DNA from: Candidatus Promineifilaceae bacterium
GTDB lineage: Bacteria; Chloroflexota; Anaerolineae; Promineifilales; Promineifilaceae
Assembly (NCBI GenBank): GCA_046259485.1
Contig: JBJYWP010000002.1
Span: 87,104 to 151,103 of the forward strand
Reading direction: 5' to 3'
Length of the DNA stretch: 64,000 nucleotides
Below, piece after piece: positions 36,718 through 47,506 of this stretch. Each line of letters starts with the position of its first letter. The stretch's first letter is position 1. Below the pieces are notes generated by a model. That model did no database searches. It was not told the origin of the DNA and was given only the letters and a program-made list of their open reading frames with translations. Both the position numbers and the translations under genes were made by a program.

Positions 36718-37440
36718 ATGCGGCCAGAAATAGAGGAACGGCTTCTCGGAATCAATAAGCTGTTCTACAGCGAGTTTGCTGAACAGTTCGCCCAAACACG
36801 GGGTACTCCACAGCCAGGATTCTCAATGCTGCTTGATTATCTGCCTCAGCCCTGCCATACTGTGGTTGATATTGGTTGTGGAAACGGCCGTTTTGGCTTG
36901 TTCCTCGCTTCGTATAGTTCGGATTTCGCTTACACCGGCGTCGATTTTACAGAACCATTTCTACAATTAGCTGGGAACTCACTCGCCGGAGAATATATTG
37001 CACGTGATATCAGCCGTCCTGGATTCCTTGAAGGGCGGGGAAAATATGATTTGACTGTCTGCCTGGCCACCTTGCAGCATATTCCTGGAAAGGAAAATCG
37101 CTTTTCTGTCTTAAAGGAGATGGTAGACCATCTTCCCGATCACGGCCGTATATTTCTATCTAACTGGCAGTTTGTGCAAAGCGATCGCCAGAGACGAAAA
37201 ATTCTGGATTGGCAAGAAGTCGGCCTTCACGCTGACGATGTAGATGCCAATGATTATCTATTATCCTGGCAGCGAAACAGCCGTGGCCGGCGATATGTCC
37301 ACCTGGTCGATCAATCAGAATTAGCCTGGTTGGCAGCTAGGGCATCCTTAACCATTTTTGATGAATTTTACAGTGATGGGAAAGAAGGGAATTTAAATCT
37401 ATATACTATCCTTGGTAAACCGGATGTTGACACCAAGTAG
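36718..37440 (+). CDS. Class I SAM-dependent methyltransferase
   Basis: 240 aa. VVDIGCGNGRF is SAM-binding motif I. Confidence 0.75.
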   Translation: MRPEIEERLLGINKLFYSEFAEQFAQTRGTPQPGFSMLLDYLPQPCHTVVDIGCGNGRFGLFLASYSSDFAYTGVDFTEPFLQLAGNSLAGEYIARDISRPGFLEGRGKYDLTVCLATLQHIPGKENRFSVLKEMVDHLPDHGRIFLSNWQFVQSDRQRRKILDWQEVGLHADDVDANDYLLSWQRNSRGRRYVHLVDQSELAWLAARASLTIFDEFYSDGKEGNLNLYTILGKPDVDTK

Positions 37441-37479
37441 GCCAATGCTACAATCTAAATTAGCTAGAAAGGATTTCAG

Positions 37480-37944
37480 ATGAGCTTAAAAGAACAATTA
37501 CGTATTGATACGGCCGACGCTATGCGGGTCGGCGATAAAGAAAAACGGGACACGCTTCGCCTCCTGTTAGCGGCAATTAAGCAGGTTGAGATAGATGAAC
37601 AAAAAGACGATCTGACTGATGCTGAGGTTTTAGCTGTCCTCAATAAGCAGGCAAAACAAAGGCGCGAAAGTATTGCCGACTATGAAGCCGCCAGACGGGA
37701 AGACCTTGTATACGAAGAAAAAGCTCAGCTCGACTTGATTGAAACCTATCTCCCGGCCCAAATGGACCGTGAAGAAATTACCGAATTAGCTGAAAAGGTC
37801 ATAGCCGAAGTAGGGGCGGCAGGTCCGCAAGATACAGGAAAAGTTATGGGTCGTTTGATGCCCCTGGTAAAGGACAAAGCAGACGGCCGTTTGGTTAACG
37901 AAGTAGTACGTGAACTTCTGCAAACTATATTACATTCATCGTAA
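37480..37944 (+). CDS. GatB/YqeY domain protein
   Basis: 154 aa. LKEQLRIDTADAMRVGDKEKRDTLRLLLAAIKQ is a typical YqeY sequence. Confidence 0.85.
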   Translation: MSLKEQLRIDTADAMRVGDKEKRDTLRLLLAAIKQVEIDEQKDDLTDAEVLAVLNKQAKQRRESIADYEAARREDLVYEEKAQLDLIETYLPAQMDREEITELAEKVIAEVGAAGPQDTGKVMGRLMPLVKDKADGRLVNEVVRELLQTILHSS

Positions 37945-38003
37945 TTGTATAGGGCCTGATTACACCGGTTCTTTATAATTATCCGGCAGGTACCAGACAT
38001 TCT

Positions 38004-40199
38004 TTGACAATGGAAGCACTTCCAGCTACACGTCAGCAGCTGCGCGAGACTTTTCGAGGGTTTCGCCTTCTCGTATTTGCGAGTATCCTCACGCTCGGCA
38101 TGACACTCATCCTTTCTTTTAACCTGGTGTGGACATCCCAGGTTAATGTCGTGGTCGGTGAACCAGCCCCGGATGATGTCTTTGCTCCCACATTTTATTC
38201 GTATATAAGTACTGTTCTAACTGAGAAAGCTCGCGAACAGGCCCGAAATTCAGTTACTGGGATTTATACCCCGCTGGATTCCGGTATTGGTCGAGAACAG
38301 CTTGAACAAGCCAACGCCATCTTTTCTTTTATAGAGACTGTTCGTAATGATCCCCTGGCCACGACTGAAGATAAAATAGCATACATCCAGAGCATCAATG
38401 GCTTGGAAATCAGCGAGGAAGTTGCCGCCGATCTCATAGCCTTTAGCCAGGCTGAATTTAATACCGTTAACTCGGAAATTACACGCATTGTTGATGACTT
38501 AATGCGTGAGGAGATTCGCGAAGACCAGCTTGGCGACTTTCAACGTATAGCCCGCCGTCAGGCCAGTTTGGGGTTGACACAGGCGCAAAGTAATGTCGTG
38601 ACCAATATGGCCTGGCAGTTTATTGCTCCTACGGTATTTCCGGATGAAGAGGCAACCTCCGCCGCCCGCGACCAGGCCGCCGAAGCTGTCCAGCCGGTGA
38701 CGCGCAGCGTGGCCAAAGATCAACGCATCGTCCGCGCGGGTGAGATCGTGACTGAAGAGGATTACGAGCTGATGGGCCAGCTTGGTCTCCTTCGACAGGA
38801 ATTTGATTGGCGCGTTTTATTAAGCGCCTTCCTGATTTCCCTCTTATCGGTCGTCCTGATCGGCCTCTATTGGCAGAAATACCATACTGTTGAACAAAAC
38901 AGTTCCCGTTACCTGGCCGTATTAACCGGTTTGATTTTGATATTCACCTTGGCTGCCCGGCTGATGGCCTCAACAACAGGTAATTGGCCGCTGCTCTTTC
39001 CGTTGGCAGCGCTGTCGATGCTTCTCGCCGTTGTTTTTGAATTACGATTTTCCATCCTGATCACCGTAATCGTTGCCGCAATATTCGGTATATCGGCTCC
39101 AAATTCGTTGTTATTGGCCGTTTATACGGCCGTTGGGGGTTTGATAGCCATTCTCACTTTAAGAGATTCACAACGGATTATCAGCTATTTCAGGGCGGGT
39201 TTACTGGCCGTACTCGGTCAAGTTGCTGTCTTGTTAATTTTCACACTTTCCCAAATCTTTGAGCCGGTCGATTTTCTAACCCAGGCGGTTTATGCATTGG
39301 GGAACGGACTGCTTTCCGCCGCGGTGACCCTGGTTGGTTTCTTCGTCTTAGGTAGTGCGTTTGGAATCATTACTACTGTCCAACTGCAAGATCTTTCAAG
39401 ACTCGACCATCCTCTCCTGCAGGAATTACTTCGCCGTGCGCCGGGAACCTACCATCACAGTATCATGGTCGCCAATCTGGCCGAACAGGCGGCGGAACGT
39501 GTCAATGCCAATAGTACCCTTGTCCGCGTTGGCGCCTTCTATCACGATATTGGCAAGATGAACCGTCCGGCATTCTTCACCGAGAATCAAGAAGGCGTCA
39601 ATCCACACGATTCGCTAGATCCTTATACGAGCGCGCGTATTATCATCAATCATGTGCCGGATGGTCTTGAACTGGCTAAACGTTTCCGGCTTCCCAACCG
39701 CATTAAAGACTTCATCGCTGAGCATCATGGGACAAGGATTGTAAAGGGTTTTTACCATAAAGCTCGCATGCAGGCGGGTGAGAAAGCGGACGAGGTCGAC
39801 GCCGAAAAGTTCCGCTATCCAGGGCCATTACCACATACGCGCGAATGCGGCATTGTCATGATGGCTGATGCAATTGAGGCGACATCCAGTGCCTTGCGCC
39901 CAGATACGCCGCAGGCGATCGAGAAGCTGGTCAATACCATTGTTGATGATGATGTGATGGAAGGTCAGTTGAAAAATTCCGGCCTGACACTCGGTGATAT
40001 CGAAATTATCCGCTCCTCCTTCATCGATACGTTAAAGGGACGCTTTCATGTTCGGGTACGCTATCCCGGTAATGAACGCATTGACGCCCCTCAGACCGCC
40101 GTTGGCGCGCTTCCTGAACCGTCTGCTCCCGAGGTTCTGGTAGCAGGTAATCAAGAGAAGGCCGAAGTCCTTTATCCGCAAGAAATATCCTCAGATTAG
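38004..40199 (+). CDS. pgpH: 7TM-HD membrane phosphohydrolase (PgpH/YqfF family, cyclic-di-AMP phosphodiesterase-like)
   Basis: 731 aa with an extracellular N-domain, a 7TM block and an HD domain (HHSIMVANLAE, FYHDIGK, AEHHG). The track start is TTG at 38004; an ATG at 38010 is equally possible. Confidence 0.85.
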   Translation: MTMEALPATRQQLRETFRGFRLLVFASILTLGMTLILSFNLVWTSQVNVVVGEPAPDDVFAPTFYSYISTVLTEKAREQARNSVTGIYTPLDSGIGREQLEQANAIFSFIETVRNDPLATTEDKIAYIQSINGLEISEEVAADLIAFSQAEFNTVNSEITRIVDDLMREEIREDQLGDFQRIARRQASLGLTQAQSNVVTNMAWQFIAPTVFPDEEATSAARDQAAEAVQPVTRSVAKDQRIVRAGEIVTEEDYELMGQLGLLRQEFDWRVLLSAFLISLLSVVLIGLYWQKYHTVEQNSSRYLAVLTGLILIFTLAARLMASTTGNWPLLFPLAALSMLLAVVFELRFSILITVIVAAIFGISAPNSLLLAVYTAVGGLIAILTLRDSQRIISYFRAGLLAVLGQVAVLLIFTLSQIFEPVDFLTQAVYALGNGLLSAAVTLVGFFVLGSAFGIITTVQLQDLSRLDHPLLQELLRRAPGTYHHSIMVANLAEQAAERVNANSTLVRVGAFYHDIGKMNRPAFFTENQEGVNPHDSLDPYTSARIIINHVPDGLELAKRFRLPNRIKDFIAEHHGTRIVKGFYHKARMQAGEKADEVDAEKFRYPGPLPHTRECGIVMMADAIEATSSALRPDTPQAIEKLVNTIVDDDVMEGQLKNSGLTLGDIEIIRSSFIDTLKGRFHVRVRYPGNERIDAPQTAVGALPEPSAPEVLVAGNQEKAEVLYPQEISSD

Positions 40200-40208
40200 A
40201 CCGGGACA

Positions 40209-40679
40209 ATGACAATCACGCTGGATATTCAACAAGATTTAGAATCACCTGCCGGGATCGAAGATGCATTGAAAGTCGCGGCAGAGGCAGCGCTGGAAAA
40301 CGAGCGAATAACGTCCGCCATGCTCACGATTTTGTTGACCGACGATCGCACGATGCGCTCTTTGAATCGCCAATTTCGCGCGGAGGATAAATCTACAGAT
40401 GTGCTTAGTTTTCCCTTTGGTGAAGAAGAAGCGCTGATGGATGACCAACCCCCATACCTTGGTGATATTGCAATTTCCGTTCCTTATGCCGGCCGCCAGG
40501 CTGAGGCGCAGGGGCATAGTACAACGGCCGAACTGCAGCTCTTAACCATTCACGGCATCTTGCATTTGCTCGGTTATGATCATAATACAGAAGATTCAAA
40601 AAATGAGATGTGGGTTGTGCAACGGGAATTGTTGGATGGACTGCAGCTAAGCCATGTCCAACCGACTGAGGGCAGCTGA
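40209..40679 (+). CDS. ybeY: rRNA maturation endoribonuclease YbeY
   Basis: 156 aa. HGILHLLGYDH is the zinc-binding motif. Confidence 0.92.
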   Translation: MTITLDIQQDLESPAGIEDALKVAAEAALENERITSAMLTILLTDDRTMRSLNRQFRAEDKSTDVLSFPFGEEEALMDDQPPYLGDIAISVPYAGRQAEAQGHSTTAELQLLTIHGILHLLGYDHNTEDSKNEMWVVQRELLDGLQLSHVQPTEGS

Positions 40680-40688
40680 TAGCCAACA

Positions 40689-41075
40689 ATGCCGGATCGC
40701 AAGCAAAATGAGTTGACCAGGCGGGCCTTAAGCTTTCGATATGCGTTTGCAGGCTGGGTCTATGTCTTGCGCTCCCAGCCAAATGCCTGGATTCACGCCG
40801 TCGCCACAATTGCGGTTGTCATTCTGGTCTTTTGGCTTGGTTTGTCACGCATCGAATGGGCAATATTAACCCTGACAATTGCGTTTGTATGGACGGCCGA
40901 ATTTTTGAACAGCGCGTTGGAAGCTGTCATCGACCTCGTTTCCCCCGAATATCACCCGCTGGCCAAGATAGCCAAAGATGTCGCTGCTGGAGCCGTGCTC
41001 GTAAGCGCTTGCGCGGCCGTCATCGTTGGCCTGCTTATTTTGGGACCCCCTCTTTGGGAACGTGTTATTAATTGA
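40689..41075 (+). CDS. dgkA: Diacylglycerol/undecaprenol kinase (DgkA family)
   Basis: 128 aa with three TM helices. EFLNSALEAVIDL is a DgkA motif. Confidence 0.85.
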   Translation: MPDRKQNELTRRALSFRYAFAGWVYVLRSQPNAWIHAVATIAVVILVFWLGLSRIEWAILTLTIAFVWTAEFLNSALEAVIDLVSPEYHPLAKIAKDVAAGAVLVSACAAVIVGLLILGPPLWERVIN

Positions 41076-41081
41076 CAAGGA

Positions 41082-41627
41082 TTATAAAACAGGTAAATCT
41101 TCGTCAGCTATTTCTTCGAGTTGTGGATTCGTATTGTCCCGTTCGGAGATCCGTATATTTGAACTGCCCCAATCCAGGTCGAATGCCGGATCATTCCAGG
41201 CGACACCGTTTTCATCAATGCCACCATTGAAATAATTGTCCACAATGTAGGTCAATGTCGCATCGGTCAGCGCGACAAATCCATGGGCTACGCCGCTGGG
41301 TATAAACAAACCAATCTCATTCTCGTCACCCATTTCGATCATAAATGTGTTGAGGAAGGTTGGGGAATTTTTTCGAATATCGACTAATGCGGCCCGCAGT
41401 CGGCCGTTCATGGCATACCAGTAATCAATTTGATGGTGATGGTAATGTAAACCTCTCAGGACATTTTTGCGGGAATCTGAGCGGTTGCACTGCATGCGCT
41501 CCCAGGATCGTTGGGGAAACCATTCTTTGCGAAATGTTTCCATAAATTGGCCACGATCATCTGCATAAGCCTTCAGTCGAGCGATTTGCACGCCTTCAAT
41601 TTCTTTTACTGTTTCAATCGTCGTCAA
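41082..41627 (-). CDS. rfbC: dTDP-4-dehydrorhamnose 3,5-epimerase
   Basis: 181 aa. DDRGQFMETF, RGLHYH and GVAHGF are cupin-type RmlC motifs. Confidence 0.85.
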   Translation of the reverse strand: MTTIETVKEIEGVQIARLKAYADDRGQFMETFRKEWFPQRSWERMQCNRSDSRKNVLRGLHYHHHQIDYWYAMNGRLRAALVDIRKNSPTFLNTFMIEMGDENEIGLFIPSGVAHGFVALTDATLTYIVDNYFNGGIDENGVAWNDPAFDLDWGSSNIRISERDNTNPQLEEIADEDLPVL

Positions 41628-41695
41628 ATTAAAATCTCCAATTTAGTTTGTTTAGGCTGCTCTTAGCGCCATACCGCTCCGGCGTGATCTTGTCT

Positions 41696-42724
41696 TTATT
41701 GCCGGAGAAGATTACTCAAGAAAAACCACAGATTCGCCGGGCGTTCCGCGAGCCTGCGTACGAAGTAGGGATACCAGGCTGTTCCGTATGGGACGTAAAT
41801 ACGTACCTGATACCCTTGAGCGACTAAATCATCCTGTAATTCACGCCTGATGCCATAAAGCATCTGGAATTCAAATTCATCGGGACGGATTCCCTTCGCC
41901 TGTGAATAATCCTTCGCCGCGCGAATAATCTGCTCATCGTGGGTTGCCACACCTAAATAGACACCGTTTTGGCGTGCCCCATCATCGAGCATCATCCGCG
42001 TCAGGCGCACATAATTATCATCAACGTCTTTTTTTAATGGATAGGCAACCTCGGCCGGTTCCATGTAAGCGCCCTTGCATAAGCGTACATTTGCCCCTGA
42101 TTCGATGAGTTCTTTAACATCTTCTTCAGTGCGGTAGAGGTAGGATTGGACGACAATGCCCACATTATCAAATTTATCCTCTTCACGTAGTCGACGGAAA
42201 ATATCCAGCGTGATATCAACCACGGAACTATCTTCCATATCGATCCGCACGCGATTATTGTATTCTTTGGCTCTGGCAACTATGGCCCGGATATTCTTAT
42301 ATGTTTGATCCGGGTGAAGTTTGAGCCCTAACTGGCTGAGCTTGACCGAGACGGTCGCATCAGGTTTTTCTTGATTGATGCGGTCAAGCAGGCGCAAGAT
42401 TTCATCTCGTGCCGCATTTGCTTCATCGATTGTCGAGACGCTTTCTCCTAAATAGTCAAGCGTTACATGCATACCGCGCTCGTTTAGAGATTGTGCAACC
42501 CGTATGACATCATCTATGGTCTCGCCGGCAACAAATCGCTCAGATACTCTTTTGGCCAGGGGAAATGCGCTGACTAGGTTCCTGGCCCAAACGGCCGTTG
42601 AAAGGTAAAGAAGAATTCGCCTCAGCCATGTCTCTCCAAACCAATAAGCAAGCCCGGCACCAACTAAAATTAGTACCAAAAAAGACACGATCAGGCGGTT
42701 CTTAAACGATGGTTTCAAATCCAT
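41696..42724 (-). CDS. Monofunctional proline dehydrogenase with N-terminal TM helix
   Basis: 342 aa. LDYLGESV, the MLYGIRRELQ context and RIYVPYGTAWYPYFVRRLAERPAN are PRODH C-terminal signatures. Confidence 0.85.
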   Translation of the reverse strand: MDLKPSFKNRLIVSFLVLILVGAGLAYWFGETWLRRILLYLSTAVWARNLVSAFPLAKRVSERFVAGETIDDVIRVAQSLNERGMHVTLDYLGESVSTIDEANAARDEILRLLDRINQEKPDATVSVKLSQLGLKLHPDQTYKNIRAIVARAKEYNNRVRIDMEDSSVVDITLDIFRRLREEDKFDNVGIVVQSYLYRTEEDVKELIESGANVRLCKGAYMEPAEVAYPLKKDVDDNYVRLTRMMLDDGARQNGVYLGVATHDEQIIRAAKDYSQAKGIRPDEFEFQMLYGIRRELQDDLVAQGYQVRIYVPYGTAWYPYFVRRLAERPANLWFFLSNLLRQ

Positions 42725-42891
42725 TATTGCATCCTGCCGGTTTGGTTATCTGGCGAATTATCAGCTCCATAGAAATCAAGTCACGACATTTTAGCATTAC
42801 CTCAGTAATTGTTAAAACGATACCTTGCGCTCCCAATCACCAACCTTATTGCTTGCGCTCGACTGCAAAATCGAAGCGGCCTGTGAAATTT

Positions 42892-43521
42892 CTAATACCA
42901 TTTAATGCCGATATCCAGGATAATGTCCGCCGCGCGATCGCCCTGGTCTGAGGCATGCACCATATGATGCATCACCTCCCTCGCTTTCAGAGCTTCCATT
43001 AAGTAGGAGACTTCCTCCGGCCCGGAAAACAAGTGGGAGAGGTTTTCACGGTAAGCCTTTTCGATATCCTTTTCGATCCCCTTAATCTTTCGGGCATGCT
43101 GTCCAGCAACCCGTGGATGGTCCATGAGCCGCTGCATAGCCAGGTGAAGTTCATGGGCCATTTCTAGCAGCAAGTCGGCAATTGTTTTCATCGATTCAGA
43201 AGGCGTGAGATCAAATACTTCCAGTTCATTAACCGTGTCATACACATAATCGATGAAATTGTCTAAGGCTTGTGACATGGCGAAGATATCTTCACGATCT
43301 AGGGGTGTTACAAAGGTGTCCTCCAGCTCATGGATAAGGATTCGCTGTACTTCATCGGCTTCTTTTTCCGTTTGCTTGGCTTTTTCGCCGCGCTTTTCCC
43401 CGGGATTCTTGAGATATTTTTGTAGCGCTTCAACGCCGGAAATAGCGCATTCGCCCTGTTGAATCAATAATTTGTGAAATACATTTTGTCGGGGTTGGAA
43501 AAAATTTCTAATCCATTCCAT
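42892..43521 (-). CDS. DUF47 / PhoU-like phosphate transport accessory protein
   Basis: 209 aa, helical. It lies immediately downstream of the PiT gene, which is the typical pairing. Confidence 0.75.
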   Translation of the reverse strand: MEWIRNFFQPRQNVFHKLLIQQGECAISGVEALQKYLKNPGEKRGEKAKQTEKEADEVQRILIHELEDTFVTPLDREDIFAMSQALDNFIDYVYDTVNELEVFDLTPSESMKTIADLLLEMAHELHLAMQRLMDHPRVAGQHARKIKGIEKDIEKAYRENLSHLFSGPEEVSYLMEALKAREVMHHMVHASDQGDRAADIILDIGIKWY

Positions 43522-43535
43522 TACGATTTCTCCCG

Positions 43536-44525
43536 CTACAGATTAAGCAGCCAGTTTAAAGGAAAATAGAGAATGGCTGCCAGGATACCGGAGACCGGTA
43601 CTGTTAATAGCCATGCCACCAGCATTTGGTAACCGATGTCCCAATGCACTTTTGATACGCGTTCCGCTGATCCTGCGCCCATGATTGAAGCGCTGATAAC
43701 TTGCGTGGTACTGACCGGACCGCCGGAAAGTGAAGCCCCCAATACGACGAGTGCCGCAGATACTTGCGAAACGAAGCCATGAACAGGACGAATGCGCACA
43801 ATTCGATACCCTAGTGTACTGATCAGCCTTCTGCCACCGAGCGCTACACCCACGGAAACGGATAAGGCACTGAGTAGAACAGCCCAGTTGGGGATGACAA
43901 AATCGGGAATAAGACCGCTGGCAACCAATCCCAGGGTGATGATGCCCATTGTTTTTTGTGCATCATTGGTGCCGAAGGTAAGTGCCAGGCCAAATGATGA
44001 GAAGAGCTGAGAATGTTTAAAAAAGGTGTTGATCCTCGGTGTGGCGCCGCGGGCAAAGGCGATGGTTGTTTTCATGACCAGATACCCCATTACCAGTCCG
44101 AGAAGCGGAGAAATCAGCAGCGCGATTCCGATCCTCATTAATCCGGAGAGGTAGATCGCTTGAAAACCTTCGGCGACGATGATAGCGCCAACAAGACCGC
44201 CAATTAAGGCATGGGACGAACTTGAGGGAATACCTCGCCACCAGGTGAACAATCCCCATAACACGGCCGATAAGGTTCCTGCGATTACGATCGCCAGGGT
44301 GATATTTTGCGGATCGGTAATACCGGTGCCGATCGCCTCGGCTACCGCCAAACCAAACAGAAATGGACCTATAAACGAACCTGCTGCTGCCAGCAATAAA
44401 ATTTGCCTTGGTTTGATCGCCCGGGAAGCTATCGGTGTGGCGACGATGTTGGCACTGTTGTGAAAGCCGGTAAGAAGTCCGAAACCTATGGCGCTAATTC
44501 CTAAGATGGCGAGGGCATTACTCAT
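43536..44525 (-). CDS. Inorganic phosphate transporter, PiT family
   Basis: 329 aa. GFHNSANIVATPI and FGTNDAQKTMGII are the duplicated PiT signature motifs. Confidence 0.88.
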   Translation of the reverse strand: MSNALAILGISAIGFGLLTGFHNSANIVATPIASRAIKPRQILLLAAAGSFIGPFLFGLAVAEAIGTGITDPQNITLAIVIAGTLSAVLWGLFTWWRGIPSSSSHALIGGLVGAIIVAEGFQAIYLSGLMRIGIALLISPLLGLVMGYLVMKTTIAFARGATPRINTFFKHSQLFSSFGLALTFGTNDAQKTMGIITLGLVASGLIPDFVIPNWAVLLSALSVSVGVALGGRRLISTLGYRIVRIRPVHGFVSQVSAALVVLGASLSGGPVSTTQVISASIMGAGSAERVSKVHWDIGYQMLVAWLLTVPVSGILAAILYFPLNWLLNL

Positions 44526-44537
44526 ATCACCTGGTTC

Positions 44538-44566
44538 TTGTTAACAATTTGTTAACACAGTATACG
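44538..44566 (+). promoter_or_regulatory. Candidate acnA promoter overlapping two tandem TGTTAACA palindromes
   Basis: TTGTTA (44538..44543) and TATACG (44561..44566) are separated by 17 nt. TGTTAACA occurs at 44539..44546 and 44550..44557, 11 bp apart, in the pit/acnA divergent region. Confidence 0.35.
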
Positions 44567-44715
44567 GATTGAAGGAGTCTATAGCAATTCCTATATGGTT
44601 CTCTTTAGGCAAGGTTAGCGAAGATCATGAAGACCCATGCAGTATTTTGGGCATTTTTAGACTAGGCTATAATAACCATTCCTATAAGCAAGCGGACAAA
44701 AAAGTGAGGTACACC

Positions 44716-47412
44716 ATGAATCATGTCTCAGACCATTTTGGAACTCGAGCCACCCTGCCTGGTTCCGACCTTCAGTATTACCGTTTAGATAAACTGGCAC
44801 AGTATGGCCAGATTGAACGCCTTCCCTTCTCAATTCGAGTGCTTCTGGAAGCGCTTTTACGGAATTGTGATAATCAAATCGTGATGCCGGAGGACGTTAT
44901 CCAACTGGCCGGTTGGTCGGCAAAAAATCCGGTGAAAGTTGAGCTGCCGTTCAAACCCGGCCGCGTTATTCTCCAGGACTTTACAGGAGTGCCGGCCGTG
45001 GTTGACCTTGCTGCCTTACGCTCGGCAATGGCCCGGTTGGGCGGCGATCCGGGGAAGATCAACCCACGTGTACCGGTTGACCTCGTGATCGACCATTCGG
45101 TCCAGGTGGATCGTTTTGGTTCCCTATTTGCCCTTATGTACAATGCGGAGCGAGAATTTGAGCGAAATCGCGAACGCTATGAGTTTCTTAAATGGGGTAA
45201 AGAGGCTTTTGAAAACTTCAGGGTTGTTCCTCCCGCTACCGGTATTGTTCATCAGGTAAATCTTGAATATCTAGGACAGGTTGTTATGACAGCGCCTGAG
45301 GGAGATGACCTGGTTGCTTTTCCTGACAGTTTGGTGGGTACAGATTCACATACGACAATGATCAATGGTCTGGGTGTGCTTGCCTGGGGTGTTGGCGGTA
45401 TTGAGGCTGAAGCCGTCATGCTTGGCCAGCCAATCTATATGCTGACTCCTGAAGTAATTGGTGTGAAGCTGACCAACCAGCTTAAAGAAGGCGCTACGGC
45501 GACGGATCTCGTGCTGGCTGTGACGCAGCTTTTGCGTCAAAAAGGTGTTGTCGGAAAATTCGTCGAGTTTTTTGGCAGTGGTTTGAGTTCAATGTCCCTT
45601 GCTGACCGGGCGACAATCGCCAATATGTGTCCTGAATATGGTGCAACGGTTGGCTTCTTCCCCGTCGATGACGAAACGCTGCGCTATATGCGCGGAACAG
45701 GCCGCCCGGATGAACTTGTCGATCTGGTCGAGCGTTATACAAAGGCGCAGGGTCTTTTCCGAACGGATGATATGGTTGAACCGGAGTATACCGATGTGGT
45801 TACTCTCGATCTTTCCACGGTCGAATCCAGCCTCGCCGGGCCAAAACGGCCGCAGGACCGCATAACTCTGTCGGAAATGAAAGAAACATACCGCAAAACC
45901 TTGTTGGCTCCTGTTGGTCCACAAGGCATTGGCTTGCAGCCGGAAGAGTTAGAGCGCACGGCCGTTATTTCTAATGGCCAGGATGTGACAATCGGTCATG
46001 GCACGGTTGTTATCGCGGCCATCACCAGCTGCACGAATACGTCAAACCCCAGTGTCATGCTCGGCGCGGGGCTTCTGGCTAAGAAGGCTGTCGAAAGAGG
46101 CCTGACCGTTCCCTCCTATGTGAAGACAAGTCTGGCTCCTGGATCGCGCGTCGTCGAAGATTACCTCACAAAATCTGGCCTACTGCCCTATCTGGAGGCG
46201 CTTGGCTTCTATATTGTTGGATTTGGTTGTACGACCTGCATCGGAAATTCCGGTCCTCTACCTGAAGAAGTCGCTTCGGCAATCATGGAAGGCGATCTGG
46301 TAGTTTCTTCGGTCTTAAGCGGTAATCGCAACTTTGAAGGGCGCGTTCATGCCCTAACCCGAACGAATTACCTTGCCTCGCCGCCTCTGGTAGTTGCTTA
46401 CGCGCTGGCGGGGTCGACGGATATCGATCTGACCAGCGAACCGATTGGTCATGATAAAGACGGCGTTGCGGTTTATCTCCGCGACATCTGGCCTGATAAT
46501 GCCGAGATACAGCAGGCCATGTCTTCCTCTCTGACGCCGGATATGTTCAATCAGCAGTATGGAAACGTCTGGGATGGAAACGAGACCTGGAACGAGATAC
46601 CGGTAAGCGGCGGCGATATTTATGAATGGGATGATGCTTCAACCTATATTCAAGAACCACCATTCTTTACTGAACTCAACAGGGAAATCGATCCTATCAG
46701 CAACATCGTAGACGCCCGGGTTTTGGTAAAGGCGGGTGATTCCATTACCACGGATCATATTTCACCGGCCGGTTCCATAGCTGCGGGCAGCCCGGCGGCT
46801 CAGTACTTGCGTGAGAATGGCGTCGAACCTATGGATTTTAATACCTACGGTTCGCGCCGTGGTAATGATCGGGTCATGACCCGCGGCACATTTGCAAATA
46901 TCCGCATGCGTAATCAGCTGGCTCCCGGGACCGAAGGTGGATGGACAACTTACCTTCCCAGTAATGAGGTCATGCCCATTTACGATGCTGCCTTAATATA
47001 TCGCCAGGATAAGACACCACTGGTGGTTCTGGCAGGTAAAGATTATGGCATGGGCAGTTCGCGAGATTGGGCGGCCAAGGGCGTTTATTTACTCGGGGTG
47101 CGTATGGTGATTGCCGAAACATACGAGCGAATCCACCGCAGTAACTTGGTAGGCATGGGCGTTCTACCATTGCAGTATTTACCCGGAGAAAATGCAGCAT
47201 CTCTTGGTTTAGACGGGACTGAGGTATTCAGTACCTTGAATCTAACCGACGATCTGGAGCCGGGCCAAACTATCAGCGTTCAAGCGGTCAAAGAGAATGG
47301 CGAGGTCGTCACCTTTGATACGGTTTGTCGAATTGATACGCCGGTCGAAGTAACCTATTATCGAAACGGCGGCATTTTGCATACTGTATTAAGGGATTTT
47401 CTCGAATCCTAA
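44716..47412 (+). CDS. acnA: Aconitate hydratase A
   Basis: [37 protein letters not shown] and CTTCIGNSG are Fe-S ligand motifs. I prefer the start at 44716 (MNHVSD, GTGAGG upstream); the track ORF starts at TTG 44569. Confidence 0.93.
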   Translation: MNHVSDHFGTRATLPGSDLQYYRLDKLAQYGQIERLPFSIRVLLEALLRNCDNQIVMPEDVIQLAGWSAKNPVKVELPFKPGRVILQDFTGVPAVVDLAALRSAMARLGGDPGKINPRVPVDLVIDHSVQVDRFGSLFALMYNAEREFERNRERYEFLKWGKEAFENFRVVPPATGIVHQVNLEYLGQVVMTAPEGDDLVAFPDSLVGTDSHTTMINGLGVLAWGVGGIEAEAVMLGQPIYMLTPEVIGVKLTNQLKEGATATDLVLAVTQLLRQKGVVGKFVEFFGSGLSSMSLADRATIANMCPEYGATVGFFPVDDETLRYMRGTGRPDELVDLVERYTKAQGLFRTDDMVEPEYTDVVTLDLSTVESSLAGPKRPQDRITLSEMKETYRKTLLAPVGPQGIGLQPEELERTAVISNGQDVTIGHGTVVIAAITSCTNTSNPSVMLGAGLLAKKAVERGLTVPSYVKTSLAPGSRVVEDYLTKSGLLPYLEALGFYIVGFGCTTCIGNSGPLPEEVASAIMEGDLVVSSVLSGNRNFEGRVHALTRTNYLASPPLVVAYALAGSTDIDLTSEPIGHDKDGVAVYLRDIWPDNAEIQQAMSSSLTPDMFNQQYGNVWDGNETWNEIPVSGGDIYEWDDASTYIQEPPFFTELNREIDPISNIVDARVLVKAGDSITTDHISPAGSIAAGSPAAQYLRENGVEPMDFNTYGSRRGNDRVMTRGTFANIRMRNQLAPGTEGGWTTYLPSNEVMPIYDAALIYRQDKTPLVVLAGKDYGMGSSRDWAAKGVYLLGVRMVIAETYERIHRSNLVGMGVLPLQYLPGENAASLGLDGTEVFSTLNLTDDLEPGQTISVQAVKENGEVVTFDTVCRIDTPVEVTYYRNGGILHTVLRDFLES

Positions 47413-47467
47413 ATTGCAGAATTAAATTTGTGTTTGGAGGACCCCTGGTGGGGTCGGTTGATGAAAT

Positions 47468-47503
47468 AAAAAAGGGCCGGTGTTTTGTACCGGCCCTTTT
47501 TTC
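47468..47503. terminator. Bidirectional rho-independent terminator between convergent acnA and the DHOD-like gene
   Basis: Stem GGGCCGGT (47474..47481) pairs with ACCGGCCC (47489..47496). It is flanked by an A-run upstream and TTTTTT downstream. Confidence 0.8.
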
Positions 47504-47506
47504 GTT

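Noticed and set aside
40245-40809. Minus-strand ORFs of 90 and 134 aa across ybeY and dgkA
   Set aside because: They are antisense to two strongly supported genes of a conserved pgpH-ybeY-dgkA operon.
44569-44715. A TTG-initiated 49-codon extension of aconitase
   Set aside because: The extension has no similarity to aconitase N-termini. An ATG with an SD at 44716 gives the expected N-terminus.
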